Shown here: piece after piece, positions 37,289-47,314 of the stretch
How the letters are laid out: the number at the start of each line of letters is the position of its first letter
Numbering within the stretch: the stretch's first letter is position 1
Source of the DNA: an uncultured Verrucomicrobiota bacterium
Lineage (GTDB): Bacteria > Verrucomicrobiota > Verrucomicrobiia > Limisphaerales > JAOAIM01
Assembly (NCBI GenBank): GCA_964465445.1
Contig: CAYXJB010000001.1
Span: 1 to 52,156, forward strand
Length of the DNA: 52,156 bases
Direction: 5' to 3'
The notes under the pieces: model-generated
Databases searched by the model: none
Seen by the model: the letters and a program-made list of their open reading frames with translations, nothing else
What the model was told of the DNA's origin: nothing
Position numbers and translations under genes: made by a program

Positions 37289-38433
37289 ACCGGGCACGAA
37301 CATTCATCCGCCCGCTCGTGGCGGCGCTTCAGCCCTACGTGCCGGGCGAGCAGCCGCGCGTGCCGGGACTGATCAAACTCAACACCAACGAGAATCCCTA
37401 TCCGCCCTCGCCGCGGGTCTTGCGCGCGGTGCGCGCGGCGGTGGACGGTCGGCTGCGGCTGTATCCGAACCCCACGTCCGAGCCGCTGCGCCAGAAGCTG
37501 GCGCGGCTGCACGGCTGCACGCCCGAGCACGTGATCGTGGGCAACGGGTCCGACGAGCTGCTGGCGATGGCGGTGCGATGTTTTGTCGAGCCCGCGGTCG
37601 CGGTGCGGGGCGCAGCGATCCGGCGCGCGCTGGTGCAGTATTTCGTGCCGAGTTATTCGCTCTATCCGGTGCTGGCGGAGCTGCACGGAGCGGTGAAGCA
37701 CCCGGTGGCGCTGGAGGCGGATTTCGGGTTGCCCCCGTTGGGAGCGTTGCGCCGGCAGGGCCGGTGGCGGTTCGATGCGGCGTTGACGTTTGTGACCACG
37801 CCCAACGCGCCGGGTGGTCGGGGTTATCGCACCCGCGAGCTGGAGGCACTCTGCCGGGCGCAGCGGGGCGTGGTGGTGCTTGATGAGGCGTACGTGGATT
37901 TTGCCGAAGAGAACGCCCTCGAGCTGGCGCTGCGATTGCCCAACGTGATCGTCTCGCGCACGTTTTCGAAGGCGTATTCGCTTTGCTTCCAGCGCGTGGG
38001 CTATTTCATCGGCCCGCCGGAGCTCATCGCCGCGCTGCACAAGATTCGCGACAGCTACAACGTCAACGGCCTGGGCCAGATCGCTGCCGAGGCGACGTTG
38101 GACGAGCTGCCGTGGTATCGCGCCAACTTCCGGAAAATCCTCGCCGTGCGACAGTGGACGAGTGATCAACTGAGCCGGCTGGGGTTCGAGGTGTTTCCGA
38201 GCCAGACGAATTTCATCCTGGTGCGTCCGCCCCAACTGCCCGCCCGCGAGTGGCTGCAACGGTTGCGGGAGCGGCGGATTCTGGTGCGCTGGTTCGACGC
38301 GCCAGAGGTACGGGCGTTTTTGCGAATTACGATTGGCACACCGGCGCAGATGGAGGCGCTGGTGCGGGCCGCGCGGGCGATCTTGCGCACCGGGGCTCGA
38401 GCGCGGTCGGGTGCGCTTCCGCCGCCTCAGTAG
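37285..38433 (+). CDS. hisC: histidinol-phosphate aminotransferase
   Basis: ATG 37285 overlaps the hisD TGA (ATGA). [10 protein letters not shown]...[42 protein letters not shown] (PLP lysine). Confidence 0.9.
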   Translation: MNRARTFIRPLVAALQPYVPGEQPRVPGLIKLNTNENPYPPSPRVLRAVRAAVDGRLRLYPNPTSEPLRQKLARLHGCTPEHVIVGNGSDELLAMAVRCFVEPAVAVRGAAIRRALVQYFVPSYSLYPVLAELHGAVKHPVALEADFGLPPLGALRRQGRWRFDAALTFVTTPNAPGGRGYRTRELEALCRAQRGVVVLDEAYVDFAEENALELALRLPNVIVSRTFSKAYSLCFQRVGYFIGPPELIAALHKIRDSYNVNGLGQIAAEATLDELPWYRANFRKILAVRQWTSDQLSRLGFEVFPSQTNFILVRPPQLPAREWLQRLRERRILVRWFDAPEVRAFLRITIGTPAQMEALVRAARAILRTGARARSGALPPPQ

Positions 38434-39284
38434 TAGGGCGTGTCCGGCACGCCCACCGGATCTTCGGACCAGTTGTAGCGCCGGTTCCAATCCTTGCGGC
38501 TGATCCACTCGGCATGGCCGTCACAAAACGCGACGTTCGCGCCGGCCGTGCCATGCCCCCAGTAGGGATTGGGAAAATTTTGGTGGTTGTATTTCGGGTC
38601 CACGGATTCGGGTTCCATCGCATCGAGCAGCAGGAACGTGTCCGAAGGGCCGGTGACCGCGCCGGCGAAGGGCGCGTTCTTGTGTTTGTACGGGAAGGCG
38701 CGAGTGGTTTTGCGCGTGTAGGCCGTGCGCCAGTCCGCTCCGCCGGAGGAGTTGTACCACGAGCCAAAAACCTCGTAGCTGTGGCCGCCATAGGTGGCCT
38801 GCCTGCCGCGGTAATCGGAACTGGAGAGCGGCGCGGGCGCGCTCGGGCCGTGCGGCCAGGAGAGCAGATCCTGGGTGATGCGGATCGGCGCGTTGCCGTT
38901 GAGCGGATTGCTGCTGATGATGATCTTGTTGGGGTCAACCGAATTGCGCGTCGAAGGGCAGATAAAGGTTTTGACGTTTTGCACGTAGCTGGGGAAGGAG
39001 TAGCCGAAGCCGTAAAGCCAGTTCAAATCATCATCGTCGTGGGCCTGAGCCGGCGTGGTTTTGAGCGAGCCGGAAAGGCGGTTTTGCGAGTCGTCCTCGG
39101 CGTAAAGTTGGCTGCCCAGTCCCATCTGACGCAGGTTGTTCCGGCAGGCCAGCCGGTGAGCGCGTTCCTTGGCCTGACTGAGCGCCGGCAGCAACATCGC
39201 CGCCAGAATCGCGATGATGGCAATCACCACCAGCAGCTCGATGAGCGTAAAGCCGGACCGCACTGGAAGGCGTTTCATGTCCAT
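38427..39284 (-). CDS. prepilin-type N-terminal cleavage/methylation domain protein with H-X9-DG motif (pseudopilin-like)
   Basis: [30 protein letters not shown] near the N-terminus, [17 protein letters not shown] near the C-terminus. Confidence 0.85.
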   Translation of the reverse strand: MDMKRLPVRSGFTLIELLVVIAIIAILAAMLLPALSQAKERAHRLACRNNLRQMGLGSQLYAEDDSQNRLSGSLKTTPAQAHDDDDLNWLYGFGYSFPSYVQNVKTFICPSTRNSVDPNKIIISSNPLNGNAPIRITQDLLSWPHGPSAPAPLSSSDYRGRQATYGGHSYEVFGSWYNSSGGADWRTAYTRKTTRAFPYKHKNAPFAGAVTGPSDTFLLLDAMEPESVDPKYNHQNFPNPYWGHGTAGANVAFCDGHAEWISRKDWNRRYNWSEDPVGVPDTPYY

Positions 39285-39448
39285 TCCGTACCGCGCTTTG
39301 TGTCAGTGAAACCTTGCCGTCCTGACCGGACGCGGTCAACAGGCGGTTTTTGCGGTGATTCCATACTTTTCTGCGGGCCGGACGTTTCCGGGCGCAGAGG
39401 GTGCCGGTCGCCCCCCAGAGCGACCCCGCGGCAGGGCTGTTGGCGACC

Positions 39449-42040
39449 TCAGGGTGCGACGTAGTAAACGCGGTAGAACCGGCGCGAGGTGCCCGGAAGC
39501 GGATTGTCGGTTTGCGAATCGCTCGTGCCCGAAGCGGTGTTGGTGGCGGTGTCGTACCAGTCGGTTGTGGCCAGATTGGTGCTGTACTGGAGCACGTAGG
39601 CCGTGCCCGGGATGGTGTTGGTGTAGTGAACTGTCACCGTTCCGCTGCCAGCGCCGGTGATTGCGGTGATTGTGGGCCGCAACAGCGGTGGCGGCGGCGC
39701 CGCGGTCGTGTAGTTGAGGTACACGCCGGAGGCGTCAGCCGAGAGCGAGAACGTGCCGGCCGTCAGACCGTTGGTGCCGGTGATCGTCGAGAACAGGGTG
39801 TTGCCCGGGTTGCTGCCGCCGTTGAGGGCGATGATTTTCCAGGAATGATTCTGCTGCCAGAACGGATCCGAGCCCGAAGGCACGGTGGCCGAACCGATGA
39901 ACCGGATTTCCAGCGCGGCCGAGCCACCCAGAACGAGGTTGCCACCGGTGAGCACGATCTGGTCGAAGTCGCTTCCCGGATTGGCGGTGCTGTTGGCGGC
40001 CAGTTCCCAGATGTTGGTACCGCCGGCGCTCAGGTCCAGGCCATTGCCCAGGGTGAGCGTGCCGGCGCTGCTGCCGGCGCTGATCCGGGCGCCGGCGTTG
40101 ACGGTGACGCTTCCCGAGATGCTGCCCGAGCCGCCGAGGGCCGCTCCGTTGTTGACGACAACCGGGCCGGCCAGACTGCCCGGGGCGTTGACCAACAACG
40201 TGCCGTCGTCAACCGTGGTTGTGCCCGAATACGTGCTGACGCCGCTCAAAACGAGCAGTTCCGATCCGGCTTTGGTCAGGCCCACGCCCGGCCCGCCGTT
40301 GATCGGGCCCGACAGAATCGTCCCGCCGGTGTTGGTGACGTTGAGGATCGGGCTGATGAGGGGCGAGTTGGTCGAACTGAGCTCGATCGGCCCCGACCAT
40401 TCCAGAGCGTTGGTGCCGCCAAACCCGAGATTGAGCAGAGCATTGGTGGCTGCGTTGGTCACGTTGATGATCATGGGATTGTTCACGGCGTTGGCACCGG
40501 TCAATGGCGTCCAAGCCAGCAGCACGACACCATTGACCCCGGTGGCGGCAGGCTGGAGGACCACCGTGCCCGTGCCCAGGGCATTTCGGTGACCGAGAGC
40601 GACCCGGCCCCGCAGCAACCAGAATCCGCCGCTCCAACCGCTGTTGTCGCCGGTGAACGCCAGAGTCCCGCCGTTGCCGGTCTGCGTCTGTCCGCGGCCC
40701 ATCGGTCCGTCGCCGCTGATCTGGCCGCTCACGATGAAGGTGTCGCCCTGGGCGACAACGAATTCGACCCTGCCCGTACCGGAGTTCACGACGATGGGGT
40801 TGGTCAGCGTCGAGACGTTGCCCGGTGGAGACAAATTCCTCAGGAACACGTTGGCATCGGGCGTGATGAGAACCGTTCCCGTGCCTGCGGCGGCATCGCT
40901 GTTGAACCGGACACCGCCGGCGCGAATGATAAAGTCACCGGCAAAGGTGTTGATCGCGTTGAGGGTCAGGTTGCCGGTGCTGGGCTTGGTCAAACTGCCC
41001 GGACCGGTGATGGGTGATTCGATGACCGGGCTCTTGGTGCTGGCCATGGTGATGGTGCCCCCGGCCGGGCCCAGATAAATGCCGCGCGTGGCTGCGATGT
41101 TGGTCGGCGAGGTGGAGGGAAAATTCAGCGTGCCGCCGTCTAGGATGAGTTGATCCGGTACATAGACCGACGGGGGCGTGCCCAGCCGGTCGCCCGGCGG
41201 GTTGCCGGCCAACGAGAGCACTCCGCCCAGAACGATCGTCCGCCCCGTATATGTGTTGTCGGCGCCGAGCGTCCAGGTGTTACTGCCGGTTTTGACCACA
41301 TTCCCGCTGCCGGAAATCACGCCGTCATAACGCGTGTTCGGGCCGATACCCAGGTTGGTCAACGTACCGCTGCCCAGCAGAATGCTGCTGCCGCTGCTGA
41401 ACGTCGCCACGCCCACCGAGCCGATTCCCACGCTGTTGTTGTTCAGGTCCAGCGTCGCGCCGCTGGAAATCGAAAGCGCCGCCCCGCCCAGAATGTCGCC
41501 CGACGCGCCCATGCGCAGCGTGCCCTGAACCAGCGAGTAGGTGTTCGTGAAGGTGTTGATGCCGCCCAAAACCAGTGTGCCCAGGCCCAATTGTGTGAGC
41601 CCGCCCGAGCCGCCGCTGATGACCGAGTTGATTGTGGCCTGGGTGGCGTCAACCTGGATGATGCCCCCGCCGGGGAAATCCAGCGTTCCGCCGCTGAGCG
41701 TCACATCCCCTTCCTCGAACGTCAGACCCGTGACCCAGGGCGCGCCGCCGATGGTCACGGTGTACGAGCCGGTGGCGTCGCCGCCGGCGGCAAACACCGC
41801 GCTGCTGCCATCCACCCACGCGCCGGTGGCCACATCGCCATTGGCCGACGTGCTCCAGAACGGATCGCTGTCCCACGTGCCCGAAGGTGTGGGACCGCCC
41901 GCACCGGGGCTCGCGCCGTTGCCATCCCAGTACAACTGCGCCGCTGCCCGGCCGCACAACAGCGTGACGGCCATTCCGGTCAAAAGACCCAAAACGGTTT
42001 TCATGGTGGTTGCTTTGGATTTCGGTTTGCGCTCTGCCAT
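39449..42040 (-). CDS. autotransporter-associated beta-strand-repeat (PATR) giant secreted protein with C-terminal FYRV beta domain
   Basis: Signal peptide (MKTVLGLLTGMAVTLLCGRAAA; alternative start ATG 42004). Many G-x-L-x-L-x-G-x-NTYTG-x-T-x-V-x-GTL repeats. The C-terminus reads YVLQYSTNLATTDWYD...SRRFYRVYYVAP. Confidence 0.85.
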   Translation of the reverse strand: MAERKPKSKATTMKTVLGLLTGMAVTLLCGRAAAQLYWDGNGASPGAGGPTPSGTWDSDPFWSTSANGDVATGAWVDGSSAVFAAGGDATGSYTVTIGGAPWVTGLTFEEGDVTLSGGTLDFPGGGIIQVDATQATINSVISGGSGGLTQLGLGTLVLGGINTFTNTYSLVQGTLRMGASGDILGGAALSISSGATLDLNNNSVGIGSVGVATFSSGSSILLGSGTLTNLGIGPNTRYDGVISGSGNVVKTGSNTWTLGADNTYTGRTIVLGGVLSLAGNPPGDRLGTPPSVYVPDQLILDGGTLNFPSTSPTNIAATRGIYLGPAGGTITMASTKSPVIESPITGPGSLTKPSTGNLTLNAINTFAGDFIIRAGGVRFNSDAAAGTGTVLITPDANVFLRNLSPPGNVSTLTNPIVVNSGTGRVEFVVAQGDTFIVSGQISGDGPMGRGQTQTGNGGTLAFTGDNSGWSGGFWLLRGRVALGHRNALGTGTVVLQPAATGVNGVVLLAWTPLTGANAVNNPMIINVTNAATNALLNLGFGGTNALEWSGPIELSSTNSPLISPILNVTNTGGTILSGPINGGPGVGLTKAGSELLVLSGVSTYSGTTTVDDGTLLVNAPGSLAGPVVVNNGAALGGSGSISGSVTVNAGARISAGSSAGTLTLGNGLDLSAGGTNIWELAANSTANPGSDFDQIVLTGGNLVLGGSAALEIRFIGSATVPSGSDPFWQQNHSWKIIALNGGSNPGNTLFSTITGTNGLTAGTFSLSADASGVYLNYTTAAPPPPLLRPTITAITGAGSGTVTVHYTNTIPGTAYVLQYSTNLATTDWYDTATNTASGTSDSQTDNPLPGTSRRFYRVYYVAP

Positions 42041-42167
42041 TACCTACATGGCTGGTCCAAGCGCCGGAATTTGTCGAGCCCCATCCGGTGAGCGGCTGCT
42101 GCCAATTGGCAACGGCTGCCGCGCCGTCCGCCACCTCGATGAAGTGTTCTTTCGGAATGCTCGCGGG

Positions 42168-43901
42168 CTACTTGCGCAGCAGAAAATCGCCCATCGCCAG
42201 ATACTCCAGGTCGCTGCTGTAGAACATGTTCAACGCGTCCTCGGGCGAACAAACCATCGGCTCGCCCCGGCGATTGAGCGAGGTGTTCAGCAGCACGCCG
42301 ATGCCGGTGCGCGCCTGAAATTTGCGGAGCAATTCGTAGTAGCGCGGATTGCTCTGGGGCGTGACGACCTGCGGACGCGCCGTGCCGTCCACATGCACCA
42401 CTTCCGGAATGCGCGCCTTCCAGGCTTCAGCCACCGGGAAGGTGAAGGTCATGTACGGGGCCGGATGCCGACTCTGCAACACCTCCGGCGCGATCGTGTC
42501 CAGAATCGAGGGGCAGAACGGTCGCCAGCGCTCGCGATATTTGATTTGCGCGTTGATGCGCTCGGCGATGCCCCGAACGGCCGGATTGGCCAGAATGCTG
42601 CGGTTGCCCAGCGCCCGCGGACCGAATTCCATCCGACCCTGAAACCACGCCACCACTTCGCCGCGCGCCAGCAACTCGCTCACCACATCGGTGATCGAGT
42701 CACACCGCTCGTAACCCACGCCGCGGCGGCGCAAGGCCGCCTCGATCTCTTCCGGCGAGTATTCCGGGCCCAGATACGCGTGCTGCATCGGGCGGATGGC
42801 ATCGCCCAGTTGATGCGCGGCGTAGGTGGCTGCGCCCAGGGCCGTGCCCGCATCGCTGGCTGCCGGTTGCACAAACAGTTCGAAGTCCGGCCCGAAGGTT
42901 TCAATCAGCCGCTGGTTGGCCTTGACGTTGAGCGCCACGCCTCCGGCGTAACAAAGCCGCCGGGTGCGGGCGATGTGCCCGCCCAGATAATGACGCGTCA
43001 GCGCAATCAGGATCTCCTCGAGCTGGCGTTGCACTGCCGCGGCGATGTGCACATACGGCTCGTCAATCTCATCCCCCTCGCGGGGCGGCCCCCACATCCG
43101 GATCAACCGGGGCGAAAAAAACGTGCCGATGCCCTCCGAGCCGCCGCGCAACGCTCGCTTGTATCGTCGCCAGCCCATGCAGTTGACCAGACGCGTGTTG
43201 ACGCGGAAACCGCGTTCGTCCCAGCGAATCAGCGGCGAGACATCCACCCGGTTCGGATCGCCGTAGCAGGCCATGCCCATGACCTTGAACTCGCCATCGA
43301 GCATTTCGAACCCCAGATACTCGGTGATCGCCCCGTAACAACCGCCCAGCGAATCGGGCGCATAAAACTCCTTCAGCGTCCGGATTTCCCCGCCCTCCCC
43401 ACAGCCGAACCACGTCGTGCAATACTCGCCCACGCCGTCCACGCTCAAAATCGCCGCGTCGCGGTAGCCGGACAAATGATACGCGCTGGAGGCATGCGCC
43501 AGGTGATGCGGCACGGGCATGAACCGGACCGCCCGCGGTTCGATGCCCAGCCGTTCCAGCGCGCCAAACACCCGACGCACATTGCGCCGGAAACGCCGAT
43601 TGCCGTTGAACAACGCCGCCAGAGCCCGATCCGGCGCGTACCAGTGTCGCAGCGCGTAATGCCAGCGCGCCGGACTGCGCAGGCTCACCGGCGCGTAGGG
43701 AATCGCCACCACCTGCACGTCGCGCGGTCTCAGGCCGGCCTGCTTCAAACAGTACGCCGCCGCCGCCTCGGCCTGCCGGCCCTTGGCGTGCTTCTGCCGC
43801 ACAAAGCGCTCCTCCTCGGCCGCTGCCACCACCTCCCCGTCCACCACCAGCGCCGCCGCCGGGTCGTGCCCGACCATGCCGCCCATGCCCAGCACGATCA
43901 T
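42168..43901 (-). CDS. carbamoyltransferase (NodU/CmcH family)
   Basis: Internal ATG (rc 43899-43901). MIVLGMGGMVGHDPAAALVVDGEVVAAAEEERFVRQKH, HHLAHASSAY, GGVALNV, RPFCPS, HVDGTARPQ. Confidence 0.9.
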   Translation of the reverse strand: MIVLGMGGMVGHDPAAALVVDGEVVAAAEEERFVRQKHAKGRQAEAAAAYCLKQAGLRPRDVQVVAIPYAPVSLRSPARWHYALRHWYAPDRALAALFNGNRRFRRNVRRVFGALERLGIEPRAVRFMPVPHHLAHASSAYHLSGYRDAAILSVDGVGEYCTTWFGCGEGGEIRTLKEFYAPDSLGGCYGAITEYLGFEMLDGEFKVMGMACYGDPNRVDVSPLIRWDERGFRVNTRLVNCMGWRRYKRALRGGSEGIGTFFSPRLIRMWGPPREGDEIDEPYVHIAAAVQRQLEEILIALTRHYLGGHIARTRRLCYAGGVALNVKANQRLIETFGPDFELFVQPAASDAGTALGAATYAAHQLGDAIRPMQHAYLGPEYSPEEIEAALRRRGVGYERCDSITDVVSELLARGEVVAWFQGRMEFGPRALGNRSILANPAVRGIAERINAQIKYRERWRPFCPSILDTIAPEVLQSRHPAPYMTFTFPVAEAWKARIPEVVHVDGTARPQVVTPQSNPRYYELLRKFQARTGIGVLLNTSLNRRGEPMVCSPEDALNMFYSSDLEYLAMGDFLLRK

Positions 43902-44575
43902 GTGCCGCCCTCCGCCGCGCGCTCGAACAACGCCACATGCAGCGAGTGAATCACCGGACACTGCGCGAAGTCCCGCACCAGGCGGAAACCGGCCCGGGCG
44001 AAGTAGCCCTCGACTTCACTCCGCGAGGTGTCGTGTTTTTGCGACCGCCGCCCGCCCAGCGCTGCCTCGAGCCGGCGCCGCCAGGCCGTCCAGGAAACCG
44101 GGCTCAGATACGACAACACCACAAACCGCCGCGCCACCCGACACAACTCGTTCACCACCCGTTGCCGGATCTCCGGCGTCGGAAAATGATGAAACAGCCG
44201 GAAACACAGCACCGTGTCGAAACTCCTCTCGGCGTACCCGAGCCGCTCGACATCCTGCTTCTCGACGGGACAATTCAATCCCCGCGCTGCGATCGTCTCC
44301 CGGGCAATCGCCAGCATCGCGTCGGACAAATCCGCGGCCGTGACCGCGTAGCCCTTTTGGGCCAGCGCCACTGTCATCCGACCGCCGCCGCAGGGCACAT
44401 CCAGCACCCGATGCGTCAGCGGCACCGCCGCAAAGGCCCTCTCGACCAGCCGCCACTCGGCGCGATGCCGCGCCGCGATGCGTTGCTGGTAACGGCGCGC
44501 GGTCGGTTCGTCGTATTTGATGCGACCGGGATACGCCGGCATTTCCGGCCCCGAGGCGGCCGACTCCTGTTGCAT
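43898..44575 (-). CDS. class I SAM-dependent methyltransferase
   Basis: VLDVPCGGGRMTVALAQKGYAVTAADLSDAML (motif I plus acidic loop). Its stop overlaps the carbamoyltransferase ATG. Start is uncertain: ATG 44575, ATG 44542, or GTG 44644. Confidence 0.8.
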   Translation of the reverse strand: MQQESAASGPEMPAYPGRIKYDEPTARRYQQRIAARHRAEWRLVERAFAAVPLTHRVLDVPCGGGRMTVALAQKGYAVTAADLSDAMLAIARETIAARGLNCPVEKQDVERLGYAERSFDTVLCFRLFHHFPTPEIRQRVVNELCRVARRFVVLSYLSPVSWTAWRRRLEAALGGRRSQKHDTSRSEVEGYFARAGFRLVRDFAQCPVIHSLHVALFERAAEGGT

Positions 44576-44768
44576 GCCCCGCAAACTAGGAATCCGACGG
44601 CTTTCTGGCAACGTCGAATTACCTGGCGCCCGGCGGGCGAACACCAGCAGCTACCGGACAGCTTTCAACGACGTCGCCGGGCTGTTACTCTGCGCTCCGT
44701 TCGCACCAACTGCGGCGTCGCAGCCGGTCGGCATTCTGCGACCGGCCGCGGCCCGAGGCCACGAGCCC

Positions 44769-46514
44769 ATGGGACGAACCAACTTGAATCACGAAGCCCG
44801 GAGCTGGCGCGCCCGTTACCAGCGGCTGATCCGGCTCTACCGCGTCAGCCGCGTCATCCACGCCACGCTCGAACCGCAACAGGCGTTGCAGCGGATCGTG
44901 CGCGAAGCGGTGCGGCTGGTCGGCGCTTCCAGCGGCTCGGTGGCGCTGATCAATCCCACCAACGGCCTGCTGGAAATCCTGGCCGCCCAGGGACTGCCGC
45001 CCTCGGCTGCGGGACTGAAATTGCGCCCGGGCGAAGGCATCACCGGCTGGGTCGTGCGCACCGGCCGGCCCGCATGCGTGGACGACGTCACCCGCGATCC
45101 GCGCTACGTGCCGCTGCGCTCCTCGGTGCGTTCGGAGCTGGCCGTGCCGTTGCAGGTCGGCGGCCAGGTGCGCGGCGTCTTGAATGTGGATTCGGACCGA
45201 CCCGGGGCGTTCGACGCCGCGGATCAGGAGACGCTTCTTGCGCTGGCGGCCGAAGCCGCCCGGGTCATCCAGAACACCTGGCGCTTCGAGCAATGGCGGC
45301 TCAAGGCCCGCTTGCTCGAGTCGCTGGTGAGCGTGAGCCGCACGCTCAACTCGACGCTCAACCTCGACGAGGCGCTGGCTGCCATCACGCGCGAGGCCGC
45401 CGAACTGATGCAGGCCAGGGTCTGCTCGGTGATGTTGCTCGACACCACCGGGGCATGGCTGGAGCCGCGCGCGAGCTTTGGCGCCGGGCCGGCCTACGAT
45501 CGCCGCTCTCCGGTCAGCGTTCAGGAAAGCCTCGTCGGCAGCGTGGTGCGCCGGTGCAAACCGGTCCAGGTCGAAAACGTGCAGGTCTCGGGTCGCTACC
45601 AGCACGTCGAACTGGCGCGCGCCGAGGGCCTGGTGTCACTGCTGAGTGTGCCGCTGGTCTTCGGCCGGCGCGCAATTGGCGTGCTGAACGTGTACACCGG
45701 CCGGCCGCATGTCTTTTCCAACGACGAGGTGCGCACGCTCTCGGCCTACGCCGAACTGTCGGCCATCGCCATTGAAAAGGCGCGCCTGCATGAACGCATT
45801 GTCGAGGCCGAGGAACAGTTGCGCCAGAACGAGAAATGGTCGGCGCTGGGCCTGCTGGCCGCCGAAATCGCCCACGAGGTGCGCAACCCGCTGGCCGTGC
45901 TCAAGCTGCTGTGGCATTCGCTCGATCTGCGGTTTGCGCCCGATGATCCGCGCGCCGAGGACGCCCGCCGCATCGGCGAAACGCTCGACCATCTGGATCG
46001 CATTTTGGAGCGCGTTCTGGGCCTGGCCCGCGGCGCCGAACCCCAACGCGCCCCGGTCAACCTCAACGACCTGCTCGACGAACTGGGCCTGCTGGTCCGC
46101 CACAAACTCGCTCAGGCCGGCGTGCGCTGGCTGCGCCGCCTGCAACCGGACCTGCCGCCGGTGCAGGGCGACGCCGTCCAGCTCGAACAGGCCCTGCTCA
46201 ATCTCATCCTCAATGCCCTCGAAGCCATGCCCGAAGGCGGAACGCTGACGGTCCGAACCCGCGCCGTGCGCCGCCCCAACGACGCGCCGGCCCCGACGCA
46301 TGTCCGCATCCAGATCGCCGACACCGGCAGGGGCATGGCCCCGGAACAGTTGCGCGGTTCGTTCCATGCGCCCCTGCCCACGACCAAACCGCGCGGCACC
46401 GGCCTGGGGCTGGCGATCGTCGGACGGGTGATCGAAGCGCACCGCGGACGGGCCCGGATCACGCCGCGTCGGCCGCGCGGCACGATCGTGACGCTCGAGC
46501 TGCCGGTGCGTTGA
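44769..46514 (+). CDS. cytoplasmic tandem-GAF sensor histidine kinase
   Basis: Internal ATG at 44769. Two GAF-like segments (GSVALINPTNGLLEI...; ARVCSVMLLDTTGAWLE...), HisKA (LLAAEIAHEVRNPL) and HATPase (DTGRGM, GTGLGLAIV). No TM helices are seen. Confidence 0.85.
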   Translation: MGRTNLNHEARSWRARYQRLIRLYRVSRVIHATLEPQQALQRIVREAVRLVGASSGSVALINPTNGLLEILAAQGLPPSAAGLKLRPGEGITGWVVRTGRPACVDDVTRDPRYVPLRSSVRSELAVPLQVGGQVRGVLNVDSDRPGAFDAADQETLLALAAEAARVIQNTWRFEQWRLKARLLESLVSVSRTLNSTLNLDEALAAITREAAELMQARVCSVMLLDTTGAWLEPRASFGAGPAYDRRSPVSVQESLVGSVVRRCKPVQVENVQVSGRYQHVELARAEGLVSLLSVPLVFGRRAIGVLNVYTGRPHVFSNDEVRTLSAYAELSAIAIEKARLHERIVEAEEQLRQNEKWSALGLLAAEIAHEVRNPLAVLKLLWHSLDLRFAPDDPRAEDARRIGETLDHLDRILERVLGLARGAEPQRAPVNLNDLLDELGLLVRHKLAQAGVRWLRRLQPDLPPVQGDAVQLEQALLNLILNALEAMPEGGTLTVRTRAVRRPNDAPAPTHVRIQIADTGRGMAPEQLRGSFHAPLPTTKPRGTGLGLAIVGRVIEAHRGRARITPRRPRGTIVTLELPVR

Positions 46515-46550
46515 ACCCGCCGCGCTTGCAGCCCGGTCGGCTCGGTCCGC

Positions 46551-47219
46551 TCAGAGCTGTTGTGGTTTGGAGGCGTCGCCGGGGGCGGCAATCCGACCGG
46601 TGGTGCGCAGGTATTTGGTCGCGGCCTCGGTGCGGGAACGCACATGCAGTTTTTCGTACACGTGCCGCAAATGCGTGCGGACCGTGTCGAAGCTCACCGA
46701 AAGCCGGTCGGCGATTTCCTTGTTCGAATAGCCCTGCGTCAGCAACACCAGGATTTCCTCCTCGCGCGGGGTCAGGCGCGCGGCGTCGGCCGCCGGCGCC
46801 GGCCGCCGGAACGAGGCGATGACCATGCGCGCAATCTCCCCGGTCATGGGCGCGCCACCGCGCATCACTTCGCTGATGGCCTCCAGCAGTTCATCGGCAC
46901 GCGTGCGCTTGAGCAGGTAACCGCTCGCGCCGGCCTGCAGCGCGGCGAACACCCGCTCGTTGTCCCCGTGCACGGTGACCATCAAAATTTGTGTCTCCGG
47001 CAAAAGTGTTTTGAGGCGCGCGGTGCATTCGATGCCCGAGATGCCCGGCAGGTTGATGTCCATCAACACCACGTCCGGACGCAACTGGGGCAGCGCCTTG
47101 AGCGCCGCTTCGCCGCTGCCGAACAGTCCCACGCACCGGAAACCCGGGGCGGCGTTGATGAGCCGCGCCCAGTTCTCGCGCACCCCGGCGCTGTCTTCCA
47201 CGATTGCAACCTTGATCAT
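46551..47219 (-). CDS. NarL/LuxR-family response regulator
   Basis: Internal ATG (rc 47217-47219). MIKVAIVEDS...DVVLMDINLPGISGIE is the receiver. LTPREEEILVLLTQGYSNKEIADRLSVSFDTVRTHLRHVYEKLHV is the LuxR HTH. Confidence 0.9.
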   Translation of the reverse strand: MIKVAIVEDSAGVRENWARLINAAPGFRCVGLFGSGEAALKALPQLRPDVVLMDINLPGISGIECTARLKTLLPETQILMVTVHGDNERVFAALQAGASGYLLKRTRADELLEAISEVMRGGAPMTGEIARMVIASFRRPAPAADAARLTPREEEILVLLTQGYSNKEIADRLSVSFDTVRTHLRHVYEKLHVRSRTEAATKYLRTTGRIAAPGDASKPQQL

Positions 47220-47314
47220 GACCTCTGGAGCTTCGTCCGTCTGCTGTTGCTGCGCGCGGTCCGCTTTGCCATGGCCCGTTGGCCCCGCCGACCGGATCAC
47301 CCGCCGGCGGCGCC

